A stretch of DNA of 64,000 nucleotides from Octopus vulgaris (lineage: Eukaryota). Numbering within the stretch: position 1 is the first letter of the stretch; the number at the start of each line of letters is the position of its first letter. The notes below the pieces were generated by a model that made no database searches, had not been told where the DNA came from, and worked only from the letters and a program-made list of their open reading frames with translations. The position numbers and the translations under genes were made by a program. This document shows positions 50,831-64,000 of the stretch, piece after piece. The DNA is taken from positions 81,654,001 to 81,718,000 of the forward strand of contig OX597816.1 in NCBI GenBank assembly GCA_951406725.2, given 5' to 3'.

Positions 50831-53800
50831 GTAAGCAAGCTTATTATCTAACTCTGTTTTTATTATTACTTTTTTCATAAATCTCATTCTTGTCTTTACA
50901 TATATTGAAATTAATAAAAGGCTTGTAGCAAGTGCTGTAGAGTAGGGTAACGCTAGCTCCTAACCATGTTGACTTCACAGCCTGGTTAGTCTCACTTGTG
51001 GTCACTTCATCACACGTACGTCACTAATGTTCTTGAAAGGCATGAATGTCACACAATCTCAACTCCTCCTTTATAAATCTTGGGCTTTGTATATTGTTAA
51101 AAGAAATCTAGAATTTTTTTTTTTATATAACAATTCAACAAATCTATTTTTTTATGAAAAGAAAACATTCTTAAAAATTGCCTTAATACAACCAGAAAGT
51201 AAAATATAGGAAAGCTTTCACAGAAATTGAGGAAATGGTAACAAATTTTTAACAGAAATTTTTGTATTAAATTTAGACTTTCATTTATTCATTTCTATTT
51301 GCTGTTTAATTTCTTCATGTATAATGGGGTATATGCAGTACAACACCTAAGATTATATTGGGGTATTTGTTATATTAAATCAGAATCTTTCTAACTACTT
51401 ATAAATTTTAATTTTGTTGCTTTATCAGGTGATGTCTCAGTTGGCAATTCATTTTTTTGTTTTAAATTCTACTTCCAAATAACAATACAAATAAAGCTGT
51501 AATTTATTAGACTAGTTGCCAGTGTTCTTTACAAGAAAGGTTCTTTCAAATACGAAAATAGGCTGATTCACTTCAGAAATTCAAAAGAAACTAGTGTATT
51601 ATATCAATAGATTAAAAATTATGTAAATAGGTAATGTTGGTTTATTGAGATAATTGACACATATTTTGGTGTTAAAAATGTTGTTTACATACCCACCCCA
51701 CTCTTAAGGATAACTGTACTTATAGGAAGACCAGGAGGGAAATTAGCAGATGTTATTGCAAGGAAAGTGGTATTAGTCAATCCAAAGATCCAATTATTGT
51801 TAATGAGACAGCTTCAGATGTTGTTGTTTAGTAGTAGTAATAATCCTTTCTACTATAGGTACAAGGCCTGAAATTTTGGGTTAGGGGTTAAGCCAATTAT
51901 ATTGACCCCAGTGTTCAACTTGTACTTATTTCACCAACCCCAAAAGGATGACAGGAAAGTCAACCTTGGTGGAATAATAAGAATAAGAATTTGTTTCTGT
52001 ATTCCCACAAGGACGGTAGTTGAGAAGATGTTAGAGCAGTATGAGGGTACAAAATGTGTTGGGGTCTACACAGAAATTGCATGAGTGAAAAAATATTACA
52101 GGGAAAGGTTGCAAAAAGTGTCAAAGTTTCTACAGAAATAACATGAATAAAGAAATAGAAAACAATACAAATATGTGCTAGGGTGCTTAAGGAGAAGGAT
52201 TATTAGGTAGTACTAGTCGAGGATCCTCACAGATCCAGGGTTACTTTGACCTCCAAGGTAAGGGCCATCTCCCAGTTGTCATCTCTTGTCTTGCAGACAT
52301 GCTGAGAATAGGCCCATTATCATAATGAAAACATACCTTTGTGTGTATTTGTTCTGTTAAGTTTTCTTCTTTTTTTTTTTTGTCATTTGCCTATTGGTTT
52401 ATTTGTTGTCTCAAAATTTATTCATTTAAAAAAATATTTTGTGTTAAGTTTGAAAGGGTGGAGATAATCATCATCATCATATGTCTTCCTTCCATACTGG
52501 TATGGGTTGGATGGTTTGACAGAAACTGGCTAATCAAAAGATTTCACCAAGCTCTACTAATAATTTTGGTAGTAAGAAAAAAATTTGTGGCTAATTTAAA
52601 TATAATTAATAATTCCTCTTTACTCCAAATTACAAATAGTTCATTATTTTCTTTATTACTATATTGTGTTGAAGAAATACATTGGTTAAGATAATGGACT
52701 GTTAGACAATAGTTAATGGGTTAAAACCATGTTAACAGCTTTCACATTCTACTGTTAAGCAATACATATGTTTGGTTGTCTACAAGAATGCCATCTAAGT
52801 CTGAAAACACTTGATATTTGCATAAATTTGTAAATATCAAAATTTTCAGAATCTTAACAAATAAGGAAGAGTCAAAATAGATAAACGTCAAATTAGGAAA
52901 TAAATACATTATTTAAAGATTTATTTCTCTAATTAAAATTTTTTTTTTTATTTCATTACTTTATAGTTTTGAATAATTATGTCATAAAATAAAATCTTAA
53001 TGAAACACTTCAGCTGGAATTTGTTGTCTTCCATTTAAATCTATTGAAATTGCCTTTTATTCTCGTAGGACATCTATTCTCCTGTAAAGAAAGTAATGAG
53101 AAATTGGTCATGTTGTATATGCTCTCTAGTTATTGACTTACTTTGTTAAAAAATACAAAATAAATCTGTGAATTTACTACACACAGACACCCCCCCCACA
53201 CACACACACACACACATTGTGTCATATTATATTCATATAATTACTGGCTTGATTTCTAATGTTTTTACATGGAATATAAAAAACAAATGTCAAATTAAAA
53301 ACTGAAAAGCTGCGAAGTTCACTAGTGTTGCAGAAATAACATGAAGACAAAAATAATTTATTACAGACAGAGCCAGGTGACTGGGAAATTCCAAGCTGAG
53401 TTAGTGGAACAATGATATAAACAAGACGTAGTTTCATAATGTAAGATTTATGGGACACCAGCAATAAATATAATGACGTAGCCACAGATAAAATGGTGAT
53501 ATCCTGTTGGGCTATTATGAATATTAAATATAGCTAGTCAGAATTTGTAGATCAACATACAAAAATTCTAAAGATTGACACTGTTTTTATATATACTTAC
53601 TAAGAAATTTGAGAGACAGATATGTCATCTGCTTATCATCTTTATGCTTCAAACCTCTTCCAGTGAATTCCCAACTGGGTTTTTCATATGGATTCTTGGT
53701 TCTCCATACTGAACTAACTGGAAAGCTGTAGATCTTCAAAGATAGGGATATATGTATAAAAATAAGCTAAAAAAATTCTTTGAAAATAAATTAGAATCAA

Positions 53801-56754
53801 CAATTTTATTGCAATATATGAAGTACTTAGAAAAATGTTTGAAGAAATTTGAAAATGATGATTTTGTTCTGGATTTTTTTTAAACAAAATTAACAGATAA
53901 CATTACTCTTTACTATTTATTTGCTGTAAATATGGTATACCATCATGTAGCCATCTTTTTTAATTTATATTTATCTTCTGTTACTAAACTATATCAGTGT
54001 ACTAAAGTTCTTTCAGTTTTCATTATCTTAAGTAGTTAGAGTTCTGCTCCTGGATAGGACATTCTTTCCTAGATTTTGCTTATGGGAAGTTTTGAGCTTT
54101 GGTTACAAGCTGACACAACACTCATCAATTTAATACATTGTTGTTTAGAATATGAAATTGTATCTCTTTATGGTAACAATTTCCAGCTAGGCAGACTGAA
54201 TTAAGTATTGTTTATTCTGGACCAATGTAGTAGGAATGATAAAATATACACTGTTGATTATTCAATGTGTAAACAAATATTGTAGCAACTTAGCCAGCTG
54301 TGACTCAGTAGATTTGTGTAATATTTCAAAATTTTAGCTTATTATGTTTGCAATAATTACTTTATTTAATATATTACTGTAATCATTTCATTTCAACATA
54401 AGGTACTTTTAAAGTAGCATTTATAAGTTGATGATCAGTTTTAATAAACATTTTTAATTTTTTAAGAAACTAAATTAGAATTTGAGCATGCATATTGCTC
54501 AGATAGCTTTCTAGCCCCTGCATTATCTGATGTCTGACATTGAAAATATTGTTACCAGCTGGTTGAAGAACACTTTCATCTTGTTAGTCACTCTTTACTC
54601 ACAAAAATATTTCAGGCAATAGTTTACTCTGAAAATTTTGAACCAGTCTATGAAATATGGTTCTTATGTTTAGCCTGCATTATGCTTTGTTTATTTATCA
54701 TTTATATCAACTATTATTTTATACATGCTTACATTCTTGTATCCTGGAAAGGTTTAAAAATGTAATTAACTTGTAATGAAATACTCTTGAAGGACAGATG
54801 AATGTTGACAAATTAATGTTGGTAAAAAGTTATATGATACCTTCAAATAATGTATGTCACTTCTTTTATAAAGACTATAGAAAAATCAGTCATTAAATCC
54901 TCTCAAGTTTATATAGTTCATAGAAGACATACACGGCTCCAAAAGTGATGAGGGCTGACTCATACACTGTTCACTTTCCAGACATTTACACATTACTGCA
55001 TATGCTTTATATGCACTTTTGACAAGTTGTGGTGCACCAGAGCACTGTATACAATAATTTCATTATTATTATTCCTTCATTATTATTATTGTCTTAGAGA
55101 AAAATGTTGTCACAGTGGATATGTTTGAAAAAGCATAAATGTTTAAAATATTTCTGTTTCCAATAATGTATAACAAAAGGAACATTTCTGATAGGTTATC
55201 CCTTACATGTTCCAATAAATAAATATTTCCTAATTTATCTTGATCTTGTTAGGATTTCCACTTGTCCATATGCTTTGCAAACTTGGTTTATAGTGTCTGG
55301 ATTGAATCTTGTAAAGGTTATAAGTTCAGTGTAAATTGATCTCTATAGGTGTAATATTCTTTCATAACTACTCTGTATGTAATAGACTACTAATAAACAG
55401 GTTGGATGGCATGTTCCTTCCTGCAGCAGGTACAGTAGTGTACACAAAAATCAGTTTTGAGTTAGTTCAAAGTTGCGGTTTTATGTGCTTTATTTGATTA
55501 ACATATTTTCTATGACGCACATAAAACCATTAGCAAAATCAAGGTCAACTGTTATTTGTTTAATCTTGGTTTAATTTATTTGGTCAAAGATCACAATACC
55601 ATTTTTGCTTGCTTTTTCTAATGGTGCATTAACTGTCTATAGAAACCAACTCTAATTGAGATTTGTTACTACCAGGATTTGAACAAAAGGTTTTTTGTAA
55701 TGATCACCAATCAAGTTTTCACTCTATAGCTCTGTATTTTCTCACACCTTGTTCCTTCTTTCCTTTGAGTTCATTTAATGATATCTGTCAAAACCTCTAT
55801 TCCCACTTGTCTGTCATCTCTTGGCATGTTTATTTATCATGCATGACTTCTTACATAATTTTGGAACAGCGTAGAGGTGTGTGGGGGAGGTTGTGCTATG
55901 TTTGGCTAAAGGGTTAATTAGCTGCATACTGTATCAAAGTATCAATAAAATGCATGTTGCAATGAGTTAGTATAAGTTAAAAAAATATATTAAGATATAC
56001 AAATAGAATTAAAAGCAATGATGATCGACAGATGTTATCCAGCAAAAGATACTAACTGAATACATTGGCTTGCCATATGGTAAATATATTTTATATGGTA
56101 ATTATTAAATATTTAGAAAATTTTGAAGCTACATCAATAGCATAGTCAACTGAAAAATAAACATATATTGGTTTCAAATTTTGGCACAAGGCCAGCAATT
56201 TCAGAGTAGAGGTAAGTTGAATACATTGACCTTAGTGTCCAACTGGCACTTATTTTATCAACCCTGAAAGGATGAGTCAACCTCAACAGAATTTGAACTC
56301 TTCTTGTTATAATGTTAACAAGCATGTGTGTATAATTTTGATATAAAAACATATCAGATGTGAAAACTATAATTTCGCATGTCTCAACTTTGACTAGTGT
56401 GTCATGCAGTTTACTGGTTTCAGATGCAAAATAAGAAGCAATAGTATCTTAAAATGATTTTTTACAGTTCTTTATCTCAGAAATTTTGAACTGACTTTCA
56501 TTGAATTGTTTCTTGGATATATAAATTAGATTTCTAGTAAATTATATATGGTTAATTCAAAAAGAATATTATATGCTTGATGTAAACTCTATATAAAACT
56601 GTGAGTGAATTGTTAATCTAACTCATGAATTTTTAGTTTGTATCCATCTTTTTTGCAATTATTTTCTTATATCAGTGAACAAGTCACTTAACTCTGTTTA
56701 CATCAGTTCAAAAAGCATTCAGAAATAGTTATCAGATTTTTTGACAATGTTCAC

Positions 56755-57103
56755 ACAGGTATGGCTGTATGCCTTCTACTATAACCTTGGGTTGGCCAAA
56801 GCCTTGTGAGTGGATCTGGTAGACAGAAACTGGAAGAAGACAGTCATATAAATGTGTGTGTGTGTGTGTGTACTCTTGTCTTCACATTGCTTGTTGATTG
56901 TAAATGAGCATCATTGTCATACAAGCAGTGTTGTTCATTTCTAGTCCATCCTTCATAAAAAAACATGTATGGCTATGGAGAAAATATTACCTTGCTTGAA
57001 AACAGTTGAGGGCTGGCAACAGGAAGGACATCCAGCCATAGAAAATCTGCCTCAACAAATTCCATCTAACTCATTCAAGCATGAAAAAGTGGACATTAAC
57101 TGA
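56755..57103 (+). mobile_element. Chimeric SINE: CORE-like head with RTE-type tail
   Basis: ccaaagccttgtgagtggatctggtagacagaaactg...(GT)n...ggacatccagccatagaaaatctgcc...gaaaaagtggacattaa. Confidence 0.75.
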
Positions 57104-57588
57104 TGTTACTTGTACAATGCTGACATTCTGCCAGAGGGTAGAATTTAACTTTTCTGCAACTATCACTGTTGTAACTACAGATCACAAGATTTGTGAACCT
57201 CAGGAACCTTTAGAAGATATTCTTTCTTGTCTTTATATTAATAGACAACCCAATTGTAACTTTTGTTTTTAAAATATGCAAATAAAATAAAAATAAACTT
57301 GCAGTCATGCAACTAAAAGCACAATCTAAAATCTAGCTGTTTTCATGGTTGTTTTTCATGTCAGGACTACATCAATAATCCTTAATTCTGTTTGGAATTA
57401 TTTTCTAAAACTAAATTTGGCAATGGTGGTTTTGTGGATATTATAGTTGCTACTGCTGCTTCATGTTCTTCAGTGTAGGCCATCTGTCTTTTCATACATA
57501 ATATTCTGATTATTTCTATATATTCATCTTGCTCTAATGCAAACTATTACTTGGACAGACAGTTCATTGTGCTATTCTTAACATAAAG

Positions 57589-57746
57589 ATTTTGGTGCTA
57601 CTTTAACATATTGTTTACCACAGTATCCATAGTCTGTGTGGTGAAACAACCTGCCCTGGGTTAGGGTTTAGAATTAGGAATAGGGTTAGACTGCATGCTA
57701 CAGTGTAGATAGCCAGGTTGACCACACATTAAAGTAGCACCAAAAT
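57589..57746. mobile_element. 158-bp element with perfect 18-bp inverted ends and internal telomere-like repeats
   Basis: attttggtgctactttaa ... ttaaagtagcaccaaaat; interior gggttagggtttagaattaggaatagggttag. Confidence 0.65.
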
Positions 57747-58450
57747 TTCCTTATTATTGTGGACTGGCAGGAAAAGTATGATACAGGACAAAATCCCTGA
57801 GAGTACTTTCACAAAGATACATTTAGTGTTCAATTCTTGTTGAAGTCAGTTTTGCCTTTTTGTCCCTGCAGGATTGATAAAAGAAATATCTATCATGTAC
57901 TGGGTAGATTGAACATTCTACATATATATCCCAAAACGTCTCCCAAAAAGTTATAAGTCTTGTGTTTCACATCCATTACATCTGTGATTTTTTTTTGTCT
58001 AGAATTTTATTTTATTTTTCAATTTTTCAGTTATGTATGTTTACAATAACTTATTTACTCATGTGAAATGCACGTGTATGCATACATATGTGCACTTTTA
58101 TCAACACATGTACATTCAAAGATATTTACAAAATACAGTGATATATTATTGATATATGCACATGTATTTGTGTTTCTTTACACATATACACACACAAAGA
58201 CACATAGCTACTGCTAGCCTACCAAGGGTTCTGCTCAAGATATAAATATTTCCCAGCAGGACATTTTCTAAAGTTCTTTTGAAATAGGATTGTTTTGGGA
58301 GTGATTCTATTCTTTTGGGCATTTTTTTCTCTTTGGTACACTGCACACATAGCTTTTATGTTTGACTACATTTCAAAAGCTTTCAACCCTCCCCATCTCA
58401 ACAGTTTTTGATAACAGTGATTTTATTTATTGACATGTCAGGGTAGTGGA

Positions 58451-58517
58451 TAAAGAAGATTTAATTATTCAAAGAGCATTGTTTAAAGAAGATTTAATTA
58501 TTCAAAGAGCATTGTTT
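58451..58517. repeat. Perfect 33-bp tandem duplication
   Basis: taaagaagatttaattattcaaagagcattgtt repeated twice. Confidence 0.95.
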
Positions 58518-60201
58518 CACACTGTCTCCCAAGTCATCTATTTTGCCCCTCTCCATTTTCTCTAATATTTCTCCCAAACATCAACCTTCTAGAAATTCTT
58601 TCCCATTCACATTTTTTCTGCAGATGTTTACTAATATTCAAGCTCAACATTTACCATATCAATCTCACCAGTTTTGGAAAGCCTGCAAAAGTCATGGCCT
58701 TTCCTCTTCTTCCTGACAAAACCTTCAAAATATTTTTCTTTTAATTTAAGGACCTCTGGTCTTTTTAATATCCTTATAATGATTTCAGTAGAAAAGCATC
58801 CGAATAAAATACTGTTCACTTTTGACACAGTAAAACACTTTTTTTCCAACAGAGTAGTTGATGAAATGTAATCCAGTTTATTATGAACATTTATTTTATG
58901 TAAAACCTTGGGATTTGCATTCAAAATAGTAGTGTATTTGAGTAACTGGAGCAGTGAATGTTATCACATTTAATACATGAAGTATTTAAAATCCAAATTA
59001 GAAATCAATTTCTCTCTATATATGTATAATGTTCCAAGGAGACTGAGAAAAATTGACTCTATTACTCCGTTTCAACATTCTTTCTACATCTTGGCAGACA
59101 ATGAGTTGTGGTTTGAGAGAGAGATTCAACTGCTATTTCTCAAAATGCAAACCTCCTCCGTGAGATGGCAACTAATAATATATATGGTTTTGTGAGTTTT
59201 CACTTTGAAGTTTATAAATATAGAAGGCAGACATGTATATAGAAGTAATTCATATTTATAAATAGAGATTTATGTGTATCTATGCACATATACAGGAATG
59301 AAATCTATAGTCCATTCATGTTCCATTAGAAAGCCCAAGATATTATTCAAAATGGAAAACAGCATAAATTATGTCTAACATTATGCTTTTATGTTTAACC
59401 TGACCTTAGATTATAGATCTCTTTCATTGCTATGTCATATTAGTTTACTATTTCTTGTGAAGAATTATTTTAATTATGAAATATTCACATTCTACTTTAT
59501 AATATCTTTCGGATTTTGAGAGCTAAGAAGGGTATTTCAACAGTTTATAAACATGCTCAATGTAGCCTCAAAATCTTTGTCTTTATGAAGATATTCATCT
59601 ATTGTAAACTTTAAATTTTACAACACAATTAGATCTGAATGGTGTATAATTTGCTATACTGCTTTCCAAAAATTTGTGACCTTGATTTTATAATTAATCT
59701 TATTTTTATTTGGTAGATTTGCATTTTCTGATATTAATTTTAGATTTTAGGATACTTAAAGAAAAACGAAAAGAACCATAGCATAAGAGATGCTTTTAAC
59801 TTACCGTAGATGCTTGTAAATAAGTTGTGATTTTCCACTCTAAAAATACATGAAAAAATGCATGTGACTTATTTATTGAATTTTATCATTAACATACACG
59901 TATAATTGCGTATGTCAGGTAGTTTGGCCATATAACTAATTAGTCTATATGAATATTGGTATTGCTAACAAATATATGTTAATGACATCATGTATGAAAA
60001 TATAAATTATTGCTTAGGTAGAATATAATTTCACTATAAATATGAGACTACATATTAATACATGTCTGTAATTATATGTTGTCTCACAAATTTATATATG
60101 GATAGCTTCCATATGTAGTCAAACGATTGTTACCCTTAATTTGTGCATATTGTCAATCAAGACTGATTATTTAAATGTACCATTGGATTTATTTGTTCCA
60201 G

Positions 60202-60243
60202 GTGTAGATCATAGAAACACAATATGTTATACTTATGGTTCTG
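60202..60243 (+). CDS. Weak candidate 42-nt phase-1/1 exon (xVDHRNTICYTYGSx)
   Basis: tttatttgttccag acceptor; open frame; weak donor CTG|GTACCT. Confidence 0.2.
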
Positions 60244-60969
60244 GTACCTTCCTAGACAATATTAACAATAATTAAGATTATTTTAACTTTTTTTTTAAGG
60301 CAATTGTAAGTTAAATTACAAACAGTATTTATGGAAAGTGGCAAGTGACTTATGAAAAGCTGAAAGGTTAAAGCCAAAATATTGTAAATGCAAATGGGGT
60401 ACATCTTATTTATTAATGATTCCTAAATGTGTGTATATATATATATATATCTCATCATCATCATCATCAATTAACATCCGCCTTCCATGCTGGCATAGTA
60501 ATTTTCAAAATTATCTTCATTAAAAGTTGTAGCAACTAACAATAACAATTGAAAGCATGTTACCTTAAAAATAAAGGAATAATGTATAAATCTGAAAATG
60601 AAAAGCAATTAGAAAACACTACCATTCAGTAGTTATTTCTTACATTGGTACAAGGTCGCAGTACTTATTTTATTAATCCTGGAGAGATGAAAGGCAAAAT
60701 TGACCCTAGCATTTTCTGGTTCTGACAATTATGCCATTGACAGCTCAATAAAATTTAGGGGGATTTATGTCACAGAGTATGCAATCTCTAAATTGCTAAA
60801 AGTGCAGTTTCAAACTCTAATAACTGTATGATAAATGCAAAATCTAAATTCATTACCACCTTATAATACTGTCCGGTCATGATGAAATCAATACTAAATA
60901 TAACTTTCACTAAACAAAGTGTGTAACCACACAACCATGCCTCATCTTGCACACTTTGGTGAAAGTTGA

Positions 60970-61342
60970 GGCATAGCTGTGTGATAAGAAGCTTGCTTCC
61001 CAACCACATAGTTCCAGGTTCAGTCCCACTACATGACACCTTGGGCAAGTGTCTTCTACTTTAGCCAAGGGATGACCAAAGCCTTGTGAGTGGATCTGGT
61101 GGACAGAAACTGAAAGAATCACATCATATATATGTGTGTGTGTCTTTGTGTCTGTGTTTGTCCCCCACGACTACTTGACAACTAGTATTGGTGTGCTTAA
61201 GTCCTCATAACTTAGTGGTTCAATAAAGAGGCCAATAGAATAAAAACCAGGATTTTTAGATAAATAAGTACTGGAGTCAATTCATTCAACTAAAAATTCT
61301 TTAATGCAGTATCCCAGCATGGCTGCATTCTAATGACAAAAG
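60970..61342 (+). mobile_element. tRNA/CORE-like SINE
   Basis: Same head, core and tail as 47057-47423. Confidence 0.8.
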
Positions 61343-62251
61343 ACAAGTAAACGATAAAAGATAATAACTTCTAAATATCATGTCATTCTGTTATTTTCTC
61401 TATAAAAGCATGGCTTTCAGATTATTACTAATACATGAATTTGTTAAGAAAGTCTAGTGGCTTATATCTTGCAATATTTGAAAATTATTGAGCAACCTAA
61501 TATTCATTGTTCTGATTTAAAATCTTTCTTGGATCAACTTTGTTTCATACCTCAAAATTGATAAAATAAGTACCAGTAATATACTGAAATCAAGTAATTC
61601 ACTTATACAGTTTCCATACAAAACACAACTCTTCATATCTTGTAAAAATATTTTGCAAGTATCCGTTTTCAAAAAATGACCTGTCTATGTGAATATAGAA
61701 AAAAACAATACATTTGAGATAGTAAAACTTCCTTATATTTTGCCATCTGTTCTGTGAAATGCATCCTTTTAAAATGCCCATCTATTTCACTTTTCAAGTA
61801 AACATTTATGTGTTTAAAATAGTTATCAAAAACTCCATAGTCTTCTTGATCACAGCTGGCCTGGAGTTAAGTAGTAACTTCATCTTCATGTCATTTCATT
61901 TTTGCAAACTATTTTAGATTTTGCAGTTTTAAAATATTAATTTCTAATAAAGCTATAGGAAATAACTAAATCACAATCAAATGCTATGTCTACAAAATAT
62001 TTAAGTTATAAGTTTTAAAAAAAGATTTTTAATCTTTCTTTGTGCAACTTCTCTTGGTCTTTAGGTTCCTGTAGTATAGTTCACTGTTCTAAACATTCAG
62101 ACCAGTTTACTTTGCTTATGTTGTCCCTGCAAATATTGACTGAAAGAAGTTCAGTAGAGCAGGTAACTCCATCAACCTCACAGGATTGATAAGGCCTACA
62201 AAAATCATGAATACTGCCCCTCTTCCTCTTCATATCCTGTCGTTAGTGAAG

Positions 62252-62562
62252 GTGTATGGCTTAGTGGTTAGGGTATTTGGCTCACAATTGTAAGGTCTTG
62301 AGTTCAATTCTTGTGTCCTGGAGGAAGACACTTTATTTCACATTGCTCCAGTCCTCTCAGCTGGCAAAAATAAGCACCTGTATTTCAAAGGGCCTGCCTT
62401 GTTATATTTTGCGTCATGCAGATTCTCCCTGCGAACTACTTTTAGGGTATGCATGTCTGTGAAGTGCTCAGCCACTTACACATTGATTTTATGAGCGGAC
62501 TGTTCTATTGATCAGATAAACTGGAATGGAATATTCATCATTGTAACCAACAGAGTGCCAGT
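62252..62562 (+). mobile_element. Third tRNA-headed SINE type
   Basis: A-box-like tggcttagtggttagg and B-box-like gagttcaattc, then a distinct body ending at a poly-T run. Confidence 0.55.
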
Positions 62563-64000
62563 TTTTTTTTTTTTTTTTTTTTTAAGATCTTATCACCAAT
62601 ATAACATTGTGTCAGAAATCAAAACACTTCACTTTCAAGAGTAGAATGGCTCACTACTGTAAATAGCAAGTATAGCACTATTAGCAAATGTTTTTGTTAG
62701 CTTATTGTGTTGAGTTCTGGAACTTCTTTAAACTACAACCATGGTATTACTGTACCCATTGTGTCATATCATTTGGAGTACATAAAGTCTGCTTATCTCA
62801 GTTCACTTTGAAAATATATTTCACTCCATTTTTTTTTTTTAATTAGTTTGTCAGGGATGGAAGGGCAGCAACCATGACGCTTTGTTTTTTCTAGACTGCT
62901 AAAACTGGTGGGAAAAAGGGAGGAGGCCATCTTCAAACCAAAGACCAGGCCCTGATGCCTGCAACAAAATGAACCCTGCTAAAATCACACAAAAACCAGG
63001 TGATGGTGATTAATCAAATAATAGATTAAATCTACTTCCCTAAAACTCAGAAGATAAGGAACCAGAACAAATACTGCAAGACATCTTGTCTGATGCACTA
63101 ACAATTCTGCCAATCTACCACTTTGGTCTAGTGCTTTATTTTATCTATCATGTAAAGATAATAGACAAAGTTGACCTCAGTGAGATTTCACAAATGAGTG
63201 ATTAACAGTCAGACTCTCTAGGTAAAAAAAAAAGTTACAACAATGCTGATGGTACATGATCAAACTGGTTGTAAAAGAAAAAATTACAATTTTCATTGTT
63301 ACTATGGATTATTGTTATTATTTATTGGGTGATAGATTGGCAGAATTGTTAGTCATTCGACAGAATGCCTTGCCATAATTCTTCTAATTCTTTGATCCAT
63401 ATTTCATATTTTACTTAATATGTGTAATCTTTCAAACTCCTTACGGAGATGGTATTGTTTGTTGGACAAATTGCATCAGTAAGTATGCAAAATTTTATAA
63501 CGATATCTAGTTTGCTCCTATCTCTCTATATTTGCAATTTTCAGAGAAGTAATCCCACTGTTTTCATTTTTTGCAACTGTCTCTGATGTAAACTTGTACC
63601 ATTTCTCTGATGTAAATTTTGATTTACTTGCATATTTCCCACATGTAGGTAGCTACCTTGTCGTCCCTTGAAGCATTGTGAATTGACCACAAATGTGGTA
63701 TTTAAGTTTGACATTTTGCTTGATGTCTAATCAGGAGGTACTAATCCTGGAAATCATAGGCACTCAATTTTCCCTATTTGGAACCTGATGTAGCTCTATT
63801 GTTTATTGCAATTTGGTTTATTTAATCAATATAGGAATCTGCTATGAAATGGTTTTAATTTTCATCCCTTCATTTTCTCAACTGTTTTTTATTTTACTTA
63901 TTTCTCTAAAAAAAGTTTTCCTTACTTAATCTATGTACTTCTGCTAAATATTTCAGTAATTCTTTGTTTAGTGAATACAAGGTTTTGATTTTGTCATGTT

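Noticed and set aside
53069-53092. Microexon after a strong acceptor ccttttattctcgtag
   Set aside because: Only weak donors follow (gtaaag, gtaatg)
58624-58924. Acceptor ttttttctgcag with short + frames and a 97-aa - strand ORF
   Set aside because: + frames stop early or lack a donor; the - ORF has no recognisable motif

Overview
AT-rich eukaryotic genomic DNA with no prokaryotic features (no operons, rRNA, true tRNA genes or CRISPR). The repeat families (tRNA-headed SINEs, RTE-type 3' tails ending in (GAT)n, abundant microsatellites) resemble those I recall from octopus/coleoid cephalopod genomes; this taxonomy is an inference. Most of the window reads as very long intronic sequence of one + strand gene that I cannot name. 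It holds a dispersed set of short candidate exons. Four begin with their own ATG and can end at a phase-1 GT donor (7371, 31437, 39039, 50560), suggesting alternative N-termini. There is also a 30-nt phase-1/1 microexon candidate (44052) and an AG|GTAAGT recursive-splice-like site (19287/19288). The introns contain decayed retroelements (RTE, CR1-like, R4/Dong-like, and a Penelope-like RT + GIY-YIG element with degenerate hammerhead-like motifs), a complete non-autonomous Helitron carrying a 116-bp tandem array, MITEs, and two long near-perfect inverted repeats (about 1.15 kb and 0.48 kb). Almost all ORFs in the supplied track are spurious (low-complexity or antisense to repeats). Repeat boundaries were read by eye and are approximate unless termini are quoted.
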